NCBI GenBank assembly: GCA_963786955.1
Contig: CAWBAT010000005.1
Location: 1,695,375-1,759,374 of the forward strand
Origin: an uncultured Acidimicrobiia bacterium
Lineage (GTDB): Bacteria; Acidobacteriota; Terriglobia; Versatilivoradales; Versatilivoraceae
Reading direction: 5' to 3'
Length of the DNA stretch: 64,000 nt
Shown here piece after piece: positions 21,180 to 31,863 of the stretch. Numbering within the stretch: the stretch's first letter is position 1; the number at the start of each line of letters is the position of its first letter. A model generated the notes under the pieces. That model made no database searches and had not been told where the DNA came from. It saw only the letters and a program-made list of their open reading frames with translations. The position numbers and the translations under genes are program-made.

Positions 21180-21464
21180 ATGATCGTCAGTTATCGGGAC
21201 AAGCGAACCAGAGATTTTGCCGCTGGGAGGCGAGTCAAGACTTTTTCCGGAATCGAACGCTCTGCGCGCCTAAAACTTGACCGTCTTGAGGCCGCCCTGT
21301 CGCTCAAAGATCTTGCCGGATTGCCCGGCAACCGCTTCGAAAGGCTGATTGGAGACCGCAAAGGACAATACAGCATCCGCGTCAACGACCAATGGCGGAT
21401 TTGTTTCGAATGGCCCGAGAGATCCCCCGGACCTGTGAACGTGGAGATTGTTGATTATCATTAG
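21180..21464 (+). CDS. higB: HigB toxin (RelE/ParE superfamily)
   Basis: MIVSYRDK..PGNRFERLIGDRKGQYSIRVNDQWRICFEW..VEIVDYH. Confidence 0.93.
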   Translation: MIVSYRDKRTRDFAAGRRVKTFSGIERSARLKLDRLEAALSLKDLAGLPGNRFERLIGDRKGQYSIRVNDQWRICFEWPERSPGPVNVEIVDYH

Positions 21465-21474
21465 GAGAACCACT

Positions 21475-21777
21475 ATGGCACTCACCGCAATCCACCCAGG
21501 GGAGCACCTGGCCGAAGAACTGGAAGCCCTTGACATGAGTGCTGCCGAGCTTGCCCGTCAGCTCAAAGTGCCGACCAACCGCATCACAGGAATTCTGAAC
21601 GGCCAGCGCGCTATCACCGGCGACACAGCCCTGCGCCTTGCTCATTTCTTCGGAACGAGTGCAGAGTTCTGGCTCAATCTGCAGAGCCTCTACGAGCTGC
21701 GACTAGCTGAGGACAAAGCTGGGAAGTCCATTAAGACTCTCCCAACCCTTAAGCACCGCGAGCCTGCCCACGCATGA
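21475..21777 (+). CDS. higA: HigA antitoxin (HTH-XRE)
   Basis: IHPGEHL, NRITGILNGQRAITGDTALRLAHFFGTSAEFWLNLQ; AGGAG RBS. Confidence 0.93.
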   Translation: MALTAIHPGEHLAEELEALDMSAAELARQLKVPTNRITGILNGQRAITGDTALRLAHFFGTSAEFWLNLQSLYELRLAEDKAGKSIKTLPTLKHREPAHA

Positions 21778-22084
21778 AGCCAGATCCGTTAACGCTCGAA
21801 GACCTTGAAGGGGGACAGGCAATAGCCAGCAGCATCGCCCACGGAAAACAGGGGGTTGCTTTCTTTCAGCCCGAATTCCGAAGTTGTGTGAGCGTTGCCA
21901 AGTGGATCGAGCGCGTGGGACCGCTGTCCCCCCGCGCAAGCTCAATGAACGCGCGGCGGAGCGCACGTTCCACCTGAATCCGCAGGTCATCGGTATCCTT
22001 TCTTCCTTACTTGAACGTCTTGCAGGTCTCAACCAAATCAGCAAATAGATCTAAAACCCGACTGCCCAACTTCGGAATTCGGGT

Positions 22085-23840
22085 TCAGTACGGGTTTGCG
22101 GGCATCATTTCCCAGGCCTTCACGGTCTTGAAGTGCGCGATGCCGCCGCTGGCGAACAGGCTGACTCCCAGGCTGTCGCTCCGTACCGGATAAACGCGGC
22201 GGCTGATGGCTTGGCGGTCGTTGGCAAAGACCTCCACGACCGACTTGTCCACGAAGACCCGCAGCTTCAGCGGCTCGCCTGGCTTCAAGGCAAACGGGGC
22301 GCGCTCGACCACCTTTGCGGCCTTCCTTGCCGCTGCGGGTGGAGTCGAAGACCAGTTCCTTCTTGTCCGCGTCGTAATAGAGGAGCGTTTCTTCCTCGCC
22401 GCTGGGTGAGGCCCGGACTTTCAGGCCGCAGCGTTGGGCGGCGCCGACTTCGATTTCGATCGCCAGTTCACAGGCATCCCCCGCCACGCCTTCGAGCGCT
22501 TTGGTTTCGCCATCGGCCAACGCCAGATCGCTCCACGATTTCTCGTGGCAGCGGAGGGTTTCGAGTTCCTTCACCGGCTGGCAGGCGCAAGGTGCCATCC
22601 TCGCCCAGCCAGAGCGAGCGGGGCAGTCCATAGACGCCCGACCAGCCTTTCTCCTTTTCGCCGGACGGGTTGTCGAGCAGCCACGCCCACATGATCTGTC
22701 GGCCCTGCCCGTCCATCAAGGCCTCCGGGGCGAAGTAGGTGTTGTCCACCCACGTCATGCGTCCGTGGTTGTTCGGGGTGAACCGGTCGTTCCGGTAGTC
22801 GCCCGACATAGTATTGGCAGCCTTTGTTGTGGCTGATGAACAAGCAGCAGATGCTTCCCGCTCGGCGGCCCGCCGGCAGGGCTCGAAGGCAGCGGCAGAA
22901 AACTGGGGCACATGTTGTCTTCGCTGCGGTCGGTCCACTCCGGGTTCCGTTCGTAGAAGACGTGGAGGTATTTCCAGTCTTTCAAGTCGTCCGAGACGAA
23001 GAGGTAAAGCCGATCGCCCTTGTTCTGAGAGCGGCGCATCGGGGGCGCGGCCAATTTTGTTCAGCACGAGCAGATTGCCGGTGAGCATGTAGTAGCGGCC
23101 GTCTTTCTTCCAGATGTTCGACGGGTCGGCGGAGCCGTAGAGGAAGGATTTCCCGCTCGGGTCCTTGACCTCCGTGATTCCCCACTCGGTGGATTTGATG
23201 ACCGGATTGGCATCCAGCTTAGTCCAGGAATCGAAATCGGGGCCGAGGCTCTTGGCCAGCCCGATGCCTTTGGCGCCCCAGAGCATCCAGTAGGACAGAT
23301 ACGCGGTGCCGTCGTCGTCCACAAACGCGCCGCCGCTGAAGCAGCCTTCGTCCCCATTGCCCGGGCCCGATCGCGTCGGGATGATGCCGCCAGTGAACCA
23401 GGTCGCCGCTGGAGATGTGGCCCCAGCAGAAACCCGATCCGTTGCGGTTGTAGAGATACATCAAGTGATAGCGTCCGTTGTGGTAGAACGCGCCGTTCGG
23501 GTCGCCGGGCATGCCCATGTCCTCCGGCACGCAGAAATGGTAAGTCGGACGATAGGGATCGGCGAGGAACCGCTCGCGCAGCAACCGCGCCGAGCGAACC
23601 GCTTCATCGGGAACGGGGCTGGTGAAGCGACCAAGTCTTCGGAATGGGATTGGACTTCCCTTCGTCGCCGCCCGAATCAATCGTCAACACGCTGCTACCT
23701 TGTTGGGTTAGGTTCGCGAGTGCGAACCAAGCAACGAGCGGTTTGTCTTTGAGCTGGACTGGTTCCGCTCCAGGCGCGACGAGAGCGATTACAAAAGCCA
23801 GCAAGGTGATGACAATTGTTTTCATGGTGCGGGTATTCAT
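22085..23840 (-). pseudogene. GH32 beta-fructofuranosidase/levanase-like gene, heavily frameshifted and probably internally deleted
   Basis: RPTYHF..GDPNG, WGHISSGDLVHW, ADP, MCP, FAPE, WAW, WSG..LPR, LRVFVDKSVVEVF distributed over several frames. Confidence 0.8.
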
Positions 23841-23994
23841 TTTATGGATCGGTGCTGCGCGATAAATGGCAATACTAAGTCTCATTCAAACGGTTGTGAA
23901 AGGCCGGGTGAGGGGCCAGCTCGATTTAATATATCCATTTGATTGCAACTTAGTAGTACTTTTCATAAATACGATGACGTATTTTAGGATAGGC

Positions 23995-24047
23995 GCCGCG
24001 TGGGGGCACGCGGCCTACAAACTTGTAGGCCGGGTCACCGACCCGGC
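23995..24047. repeat. GTAG-type REP doublet (head-to-head)
   Basis: GCCGCGTGGGGGCACGCGGCCTAC and GTAGGCCGGGTCACCGACCCGGC; a related single copy at 43507-43529. Confidence 0.6.
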
Positions 24048-24104
24048 GTTAACGTCACAGTATTTATGAAAAGCACTATTAAGTATAAGGGACGGCTTTG
24101 AGCA

Positions 24105-24205
24105 AAGATTGATCGGAATCAGAAAATTCAGAAAATCTCGACTTGGGATGCCGATCAGCCTCTCGCAACGCGAGTTCGCTTGGGGCGAGCGGGAGGGAAT
24201 TCCGA
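24105..24205 (-). mobile_element. Integrase-core transposase remnant
   Basis: Translates as SPQANSRCERLIG..RDFLNFLIPIN, resembling the P-x-x-N-x-x-x-ER motif of rve integrase cores. Confidence 0.55.
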
Positions 24206-24255
24206 GGTTCCGAGTTAGTCTGGACGTCCCGCAGCAACCGCATCGCCAATTGCTC

Positions 24256-24579
24256 TTACCCTTTCTCGGCAAAAGCTGCGTCCACACTCCGAAGCTCGTC
24301 TTCGCCCTGGGGTCGCCAGGCGCCGCCCAGCCTTCGCAACGCTTCATGCAATTCCGGAATGGCTTGGTTCGCGAGGTTTTTTCGCAGCTTCACCCACTCT
24401 TCCCGGGTCTTTTTAACCTCCTCGATGTTCCCGTCACGACAAAAGGCCCTCGCCGCACTGGCCGCCGATCCATACTCATCTTGAAAATCCTCATGCAGAT
24501 AGGCGGAGAAAAAATCCCGCAGCCATGGATATTCGGCGACCGAAAATACCACTGCTTTTTTCCCTTTATCTCGCTTCAA
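24256..24579 (-). CDS. CdiI-like immunity protein
   Basis: YPWLRDFFSAYLHEDF resembles the F-x-x-Y-x-H-(Q/E)-D motif of CdiI proteins paired with RNase A-like toxins; TTG start overlaps the toxin stop (TTGA 24576-24579). Confidence 0.75.
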   Translation of the reverse strand: MKRDKGKKAVVFSVAEYPWLRDFFSAYLHEDFQDEYGSAASAARAFCRDGNIEEVKKTREEWVKLRKNLANQAIPELHEALRRLGGAWRPQGEDELRSVDAAFAEKG

Positions 24580-25118
24580 TTGCGTGCCTCCGGATACGTC
24601 GTCAGCACATGAAAATTCTCCACTCCGTCCGCCTTCAACACGATCACTGCTTGCGTGCACGGCGATGACTGCGACTCTCCGTGCCTCATACTCCGGCCGA
24701 TCACCCGACCCGCATTGAAATGCAGAGCAAGATTCGAGCGCGGATAACCCCGTCGTTCCCAGCTCTCAATCTTTCCTCGGTTGATTCGCAATGCTTCCCC
24801 CACGGTTTCTTCCGCAGTATCCCGATCCGTCCATGTCGAAGCCGCAGCAATGTTCAGCTCTCTTTGAAGCCGCTCTCGAAGCGCTTCATCGGTCTGACCC
24901 ACGTGCTTCTTCAGCGTGTGCCCACCTCGATCCTCATCCGCTGAAAGGTCGTAGCGCCCACTCCTTGGTGGGCTTTTCGCAATGGTTCCTGCTTCGCTTT
25001 GCGGCATTGCCTGCTGCATCCGCGGTTCATGGCTTTCTCCTCCGCACCCAGCAATCCACAATACCCAACCGCAGAAAGAAATCACTTGCAGCCATCTGAT
25101 CAATTGCCCCGATTTCAT
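24576..25118 (-). CDS. Lipoprotein carrying a bacterial RNase A-like (CdiA-CT type) toxin domain
   Basis: Lipobox IAG-C25; DL..DE..GGHTLKKHVG..L..R, AST(W)TD..AE, IGR, C-terminal VLTTYP. Confidence 0.85.
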   Translation of the reverse strand: MKSGQLIRWLQVISFCGWVLWIAGCGGESHEPRMQQAMPQSEAGTIAKSPPRSGRYDLSADEDRGGHTLKKHVGQTDEALRERLQRELNIAAASTWTDRDTAEETVGEALRINRGKIESWERRGYPRSNLALHFNAGRVIGRSMRHGESQSSPCTQAVIVLKADGVENFHVLTTYPEARN

Positions 25119-25389
25119 TATTATTCCATTTCATCCCTTAACGAGCGTGACCATCGAACAGAATACTTTCTTCTGTGGAATCTGTCGAAATGCATGCCAG
25201 AAACGCCATTGCTTTAGACAGCGATCTTAGCCGACGCTGAAGTTTTCCAACAGACGAGACTATTCCCCCACTTGCCTTCCCACTCTTTTCCTTTGATTGA
25301 GCCCCTCCTCAACAATGGTTATTCCTTCTTCGCTGCTTCCCACCTCCACTAGTCTTCAAGACAGGTCGCCATCATTCATCCATCCCGCA

Positions 25390-28300
25390 TCAGTAGTAAA
25401 TCTTCAGCCCAAACTGAATGTTGCGCGCCCCCTGGGAGGAATAAATCTTGCCCAGACCTGATCCCAGCCCCGTGGAGGGTGCAGTGAAAATAGGGGTGTT
25501 CGTGAGATTGATAAACTCGGTTCGAAACTCAACTCGTCTCTTATCGCCGATCGGAAATATTTTTTGAAGGCTTAGGTCAAGGGTGCGGAGGCCGGGGCCA
25601 CGCACCGTCCCCACGCCGCAGCTCCCAAAAGTCCCCGTTGCCGGTGCGCCATAGGGAGAAGGATCAAACCACTGGAGCCCCCCATCCGGAGCATTTTGGC
25701 TGGAACCGAAGACCTGGGCGGGGCTATCGCAATTGGCCCGCGGACTCCGTGAGCCGGTTCCAGAGGCGTCGCCGGCCCCTATTGTGAGCGGGAAACCGCC
25801 CCGCAATTGCAGAATGTCACCCAGTTGCCAGTTACCTACCACTCCGTTAACCACAGGGTTCCAATGGTTGCCGAACTTCTTGCCGCGTCCGAAGGGCAGT
25901 TCGTAAACGGCATAGCTGGTGAGCACGTGCGTGACGTCGTAGTAGCAGGGCCCCCATTCCGCTCGCCTGTCGTAAAGGTTTTGCCAGTAGGAACCTTGCG
26001 AGGCGGACTGGCCCCCTGCGCCAAAGTACCCAATCGAGTCGCTCATGCATTTCGAGTAGGTGTAGGCCACATTGAATTGCAGGCCCTGGCTGAACCGCTT
26101 CTGCAGGTTGGCTTGCAGGGCGTCGTAGAGCATGTTCCCGTTCGATTCGGTCCCGGAGATTTGCGAGACGCTCTGCAGCGCCGGATTGCCCGAGAGGTAA
26201 GGGCTGGGGGCGGTAATTGGCGTGCCGCCGGCATCCACACCGAGCAATTGCCTCTGAAAGTAAGGCATCGGCACCATGAGGTGAGTTCCATGCTGCCCGA
26301 CATAGCCCACCGTGAGAACCAGGTTGCTCCAAAACTGATGCTCGATCGTAAAGTTCCATTGCTGAGCGATTGCTGGCCGGATATTCGGATCCCACAGGCG
26401 AATATCCGCGTTCTGATACGGGTCCGTCGGGGAGGCCAGAACCGTCATCCCCTGGTCCAGGGTGGAACCCGGGAAAGTCAGGTTGTCGTAGAAGCTGTTC
26501 AAGTCACCGGCAAACGGGGGATTCAAGGGAAGGCGCAGGCCGGTCCCGGTCCCCTCCAGGTAAGAGGAAACCGTGTAGGCTCCGCGGAAGACCGTCTTCT
26601 TTCCCAGTGCCCCCGGCGTATAGGCAAACCCGAAGCGCGGCTGGAAATTCCCCAGCCCCCAGTTGTAGGAGTTGTAGAGGGCACGATTGTTACTATAGAA
26701 AGTACTCTCACCCGGCACTTCAACCTTGCCGCTGAAAGGTGCGAAGTTCACCTGCCGGTCCCGGACTTCCACCCAGGGCGTATAAGTTTGATAGCGGAGG
26801 CCGAGGTTCAGGGTCAGGGAGTCGGTGACTCGCCATTCATCTTGAAGATAAGCGCCAAAGACATTGGAACGCTGTCCCCAGGTGCCCCCATTGCTGCCGC
26901 GTCCCAAAAAGTCGGGAAGCCCCAGCAAGAAGTCAGCTTCAGGGGCCCCGGAGCCTCCAAAAGGTTGGGCAAGGGTGTCGGGGCCTGCCGTCCACCTTCC
27001 GAGGAAGAAGATGGCTCCCGAAACACCCCAATTACCAGGATAAAACGTGTTGATCCGCTGTCGCCAATACTGGAATCCGGTATGCAGGATATGCCGGCCC
27101 CGGGTAATGACCATGCCGTCTGTTAACTGGATGACCGTATCCGCGAAGAGTGCCTGCTTGGGGGTAGACGGGCTTCCAATGGGCCACGTGGGACTCGCGA
27201 AGGCGAGGAGCATGAGTCCAGGGCCGCGATCATTGCCATCCTGGATCCCGAGCTGTTCGGCAAAGTTGCCCACACCGTCTTTGTGGTCTCCATTGAAAAA
27301 CCAGACGTAATTGACGCCCACCCTGACTTCGTTCACAAAGTGCGGGTTCACCGTTCGCGTCCAGTTGACAACACCGTTGCGGGTACGGGCCGACTGTAGC
27401 ATGTCGAAGACCAGCGGAAATGAGTTGCTCGTTGGAATATTCTGGCGGCTCCAGGAGAAGCGCCCAAAAAAATGGTCTTTTTGAGTCAAGTTCCAATCCA
27501 GCTTGATGTCGAACTGGTCCCCGTTAATCGCACTTCGGGTCGTGTTGAGATAGTTATTCGTAAGCTGGCCATTACTCGGCAACGGGTACAAGGACGAAGC
27601 GAACAGATTCCGGGCCACCGGATTGATCCTGTCCATGGGGATCTGATTATTCGCAAAAGGGGCGCGTACCATCTGTCCCGGGTTGGCTGGATCCGGAATG
27701 TAGTGATTAGGATCAGGGTCGTACAACTGGATGCCCGACTCTGTCAGTAATTGTGAGAAGTCTCCTCGCCGTTCGGGTTCGGTAAAAACCGTCATCGGGC
27801 CGGTCGAGGCCGGGAAGTCATAACGCTGCCCCTGGTAGTCGCCAAAGAAAAACAGCTTGTCTTTCTTGATGGGACCGCCAATCGTGCCGCCGAACATGTT
27901 CCACCGCATCTTGGACCTTTGGCCCCCGGACCAGTTGGAGGCCCAGTCGTTGGCATTCAAGACGTCATTGCGGAAGAATTCAAAGAGGGTGCCTTGGAAC
28001 CGGTTGGTCCCCGACTTGATCGTGGCACTGATTATCCCTCCCTGCGCGTTCCCGAATTCAGCAGGAGCGTTGTTGGTGATCATGTTGAACTCTTCAATTG
28101 CGTCGATGCTCGGAGTGTATCCAACCTGGTTGTCAGACACCTGGTTGTTGTCGAGACCATCCAGTAGAAAATTATTAGCCTGCTCCCGGTTTCCGTTCAC
28201 ATAAGGCCTGCCCGAACCAAAGCCATTAGTTCCGTTGGTGAACGCCGAAGGATCAGGATGAACTGTGCCGGGCACCAGCAGAGTCAACTGGATATAGTTC

Positions 28301-28793
28301 CGTGTGGCCAGCGGCAGGGCCTCGTTGATATTCGATTCAATGACCGCCCCCAATTGAATCGTGTCCGTGTTCAGCAACGGCACCCCTCCCTGCACTTGAA
28401 TGGTTTGATTGAACGTACCCAGGTGCATCTGAAAGTCCAACCGGGCCGTCTGGTTGAGCACCAGCCCCAAGAGAGGATAGACCGCCGTTTGAAATCCCGT
28501 TATTTCCACCCTGACTTCATAGCTGCCAACCGGGACTCGCGGCAGGTTGTAAAATCCCTCCGCATTGGTTTCTGCTGTCCAGACCGTGCCGCGCGCAATA
28601 TCTTTGGCCTCAACCTTTGCCCCTGCGATAGGGGTATCCGAGGGGTCCGTGACCTTCCCCTGATAGCCGCAGTCACTTGCTGGCCCCAGGCCGGTTCACG
28701 AGCGGCCAGGCAAATGGCGATGAAGACAAGAGTCAGAACCATACCGGTTAGGCTCACTCCTTCATCTTTCCTGGATCCGGGATGCATGTTCAT
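25390..28793 (-). CDS. TonB-dependent receptor with carboxypeptidase-regulatory-like N-terminus (frameshifts near 28500-28660)
   Basis: LPLATRNYIQL, NFLLDGLDN, KSGTNRFQG..EFFRNDVLNA, QDEWRVTDSLTLNLGLRY, C-terminal RNIQFGLKIYY. Confidence 0.93.
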
Positions 28794-28934
28794 AACACTT
28801 CCTTGCTCGGTTCCCCGAGAAAACATCAGCCCCACAATCGGCACGTTGATTCTTGTTAATCACGCAATCGAGTCCGGCCACTTTAGATGAAACGACCCCT
28901 TCCGCAGGGGAGGTGTGAAAAAATTCAATTTTGG

Positions 28935-29020
28935 TTCCCCTCCTTGGTTAGGAGGGGGCAAGGGGGTGGTCGTAGGTCCTGCTGGACGAACCCCCTGGAG
29001 TCCCCCTTAACCAAGGGGGA
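28935..29020. repeat. CCCCTCCTT..AGGAGGGG-type palindromic intergenic repeat pair
   Basis: TCCCCTCCTTGGTTAGGAGGGG and CCCCCTTAACCAAGGGGG hairpins in inverted arrangement. Confidence 0.6.
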
Positions 29021-29060
29021 CACTCGCAGAGTGACACCGATAGACCTCAATCCAGTATCA

Positions 29061-31782
29061 TCACCGCCCTTTTTCCTTGTAATCCGTGATCCAGATATTG
29101 CCCGTGAGTTCGCCCATCGGAAAGACGATCTGATTGCGACTTACGGACATGCATTGGAGTCCTTGCGATACATTCCTGATCGATCGCCTGGGATCATGCG
29201 AGTGATACACCGGAAAAGGCGCACCCAGCGGCTTTTTGTTGGTCGGATCCAGCTTCTGCCCCCAGATGCAGCGGAACCCATCCCGCTCCGAAAGGAAATA
29301 CAGCAGATTTCCATCCGGTGCCCAGTTCGCGGCCTGGTCAATTCCGGAGCCATCCGTGATGGTCACCCACTCCTTTTCGTCGGCCGCCACGCCATTGCGC
29401 AGAGGAATGACCATTATTGAGGACTTGCACTGCGCTGGTAGTGGAGTGCAAGGCGATCCAGCGGCCGTCGGGCGAAACCTGCGGTTCCCACATATGCATG
29501 GGAGTATTGGATCGCCAGTGACCGTTTGCCTGAATTCACATCAATTGAGTCTATCCGTCCACCGGGGAAGCATGGTATAACAGAAGTGTGTGTCCATCCG
29601 GGAACCAGTCGCTAGGACTGCCCGCAATCTTCACAGAGCGATCTCGAGGTCAGATCATCGGTATTGGAAACGAAAAGTCTGCCTATTTTGTGACTGTGAA
29701 CCCACAAAGTAGGCGACCGTTGACCCGTCCCTGGATATTTTGGGAGGTACAGGATGGTGAACTCAGGCGATTCGGGTAGAAGGGGCCTGACACGCCCGCT
29801 CTCCAGCTCTTTAATCATTCCATTCCAAGTCCTGGGCGCGGCGGGAGGTGTAGACCAATCTCGTGCCATCGGCTGAGATACTGGGCAATCCGTTGATGGA
29901 GGTGTCCTGTGTCAGCGCCTTTATCTCGCCGAGAGCTTTTCCCTGTGTGTGGTCGACAGGCAGGGCCCAGATATTCCCACTCTCCGTCACACTGGAGAAA
30001 GCGAGATAGCCGGCGGCCACAGAAGGCTGGATCTGATGACCAGTCCCGCCGGTCAGACGCTGGGGCGAACCGATAACCTGGAATGTTTTGGGCGAGATGG
30101 AAATTTGCCAGATGTCTGAATTGTCCTGAGCCCTATCGGAAGAGATGATTGTGTCTGCTGTCTTGTCCATTCGAGCAGCTTCGGCCCCAAGTCCATTACG
30201 TCGTTGTATACGGGAATGTCTGTCCGTGTAGCCTGTCCTTTTTCCACCGGTGTCACCCACCAGGCTTTATCTTCTCCGTTGGATTGTTTCCAACAATAAA
30301 ACAAAATGTGCTTTCCATCCGGAGACCAGGTGGGAAGAACCACTCCGGCAAAATCCGGCTGCAACTGCCGTGCCGTCCCTCCGGAAAGAGGCAGGATAAA
30401 AGACTTTTCTCCAACATGGTAGGCAATCCATCGGCCATCCGGGGAAAAGCGAGGACGATGGCCCTGTTTGGTCAGCAGTCTCTCCTGTCCTCCACCCGCC
30501 GGGATCAGATAGATTCCGCCTCCACTGCGCGCCGAACTAAACGCGATCGAATTGCCGTCCGGTGAAAAGGTGGGTTCAGAGTCATCAGCCGGGTCGCGGG
30601 TCAAGCGAAGCGGTTCACCCCGGGCTTCGCCCCCGGCGAGTCGCTGTACCCAGATGTCCAGGTTCACCTCCCCGCTGCGGTCCGAGGCATAGGCCACCAG
30701 CTTCCCATCGGGCGAAAGCGCCGGATCGGTGGTTAACCCGGTATCCCAGGTGATCCTTCTCAGCACGGGCGGACTGGAAGGGCCTTCCGATTTTCTTAAC
30801 TTGAGAAACCAGAATCCAGAGGCGGCAGTCACTGCAATCAACAGGAGCGATGCTGCCCACCACCAAGACGGGCGCGGCTTTGCTTTTGGCACCGCGGCGG
30901 CCAGCTTACCTGTGTCGGTGTCCCGCTTGAGCCGCTTCAGGTCAGTCAGCATCTCCTTGGCTGACTGGCAGCGCAGGTCCCGGTTCTTTTCCAGGGCCTT
31001 GTCTATAACCCGTTCCAGTTCGACAGGGCACTCCGGGTTCAAACGAACCGGCGCCGTCGGCGTTTGGCTCAGAATCGCATTGAAGATCAAGCCGAGGTCG
31101 AGCCGGTGAAGGGCAGTTTGCCCGTGGCCATCTGGTAGAGCACCACCCCAAACGAAAACAGATCCGTCCGCGCATCCAGCTCCATCCCCATGGCTTGCTC
31201 CGGAGACATATAGGCCACCGTCCCGATCACCATCCCCGGGCTGGTGAGATCCTCTTCACTGACAGTCGGGACCGCTGAGGTATTCATTGACTCGAGGGCA
31301 TGTTGGGGAGCACTGGTCAACTTGGCTAAGCCGAAATCCAGGATCTTGGCCTGACCCCGTTCGGTGACGAAGATATTGGCCGGCTTGATGTCCCGATGGA
31401 CGATGCCTTTCGAGTGAGCTACTTCCAGGGCATCGGCAATCTGGATGGCGAGGTCGAGCAACAGTTCCTGTTTGAGCGGTTTCCCTTCAATCCGATGCCG
31501 GAGCGTCTGGCCTTCCAACATCTCCATCGCGATGAAATGCTGGCCTTCAGACTCGCCGACGTCGTAAATCGTGCAGATATTGGGATGGTTCAGAGCCGAG
31601 GCAGCCCGAGCTTCGCGCTGGAATCGCTCCAGAGTCTGCCGGTCCCCGGACAGTTTCTCAGGCAGGAATTTCAAGGCAACGATACGTTTGAGCCGGATGT
31701 CTTCGGCTTTGTACACCACTCCCATCCCGCCCGCGCCCAGCTTTTCCAGAATTTGATAATGAGAAATGGTCTTCCCGATCAA
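29061..31782 (-). CDS. Hanks-type Ser/Thr protein kinase with TM helix and TolB/PD40 beta-propeller (several frameshifts)
   Basis: [36 protein letters not shown]; [14 protein letters not shown]; SPDG repeats. Confidence 0.93.
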
Positions 31783-31801
31783 AGTGATACCTCGGTAAGA
31801 G

Positions 31802-31834
31802 GCAGGCTGGAAGCCTGCGCTCCCAGGAAATCCA
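31802..31834. repeat. REP-like hairpin, dispersed copy
   Basis: Exact reverse complement of 16181-16213. Confidence 0.7.
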
Positions 31835-31863
31835 TTCGGATACTGACAGGCGCGTTCGCTTGG

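Noticed and set aside
17520-21777. Anti-phage defence island built on the SNF2 helicase and higBA
   Set aside because: SWIM-SNF2 proteins are widespread, and no methylase, nuclease or other defence gene is adjacent
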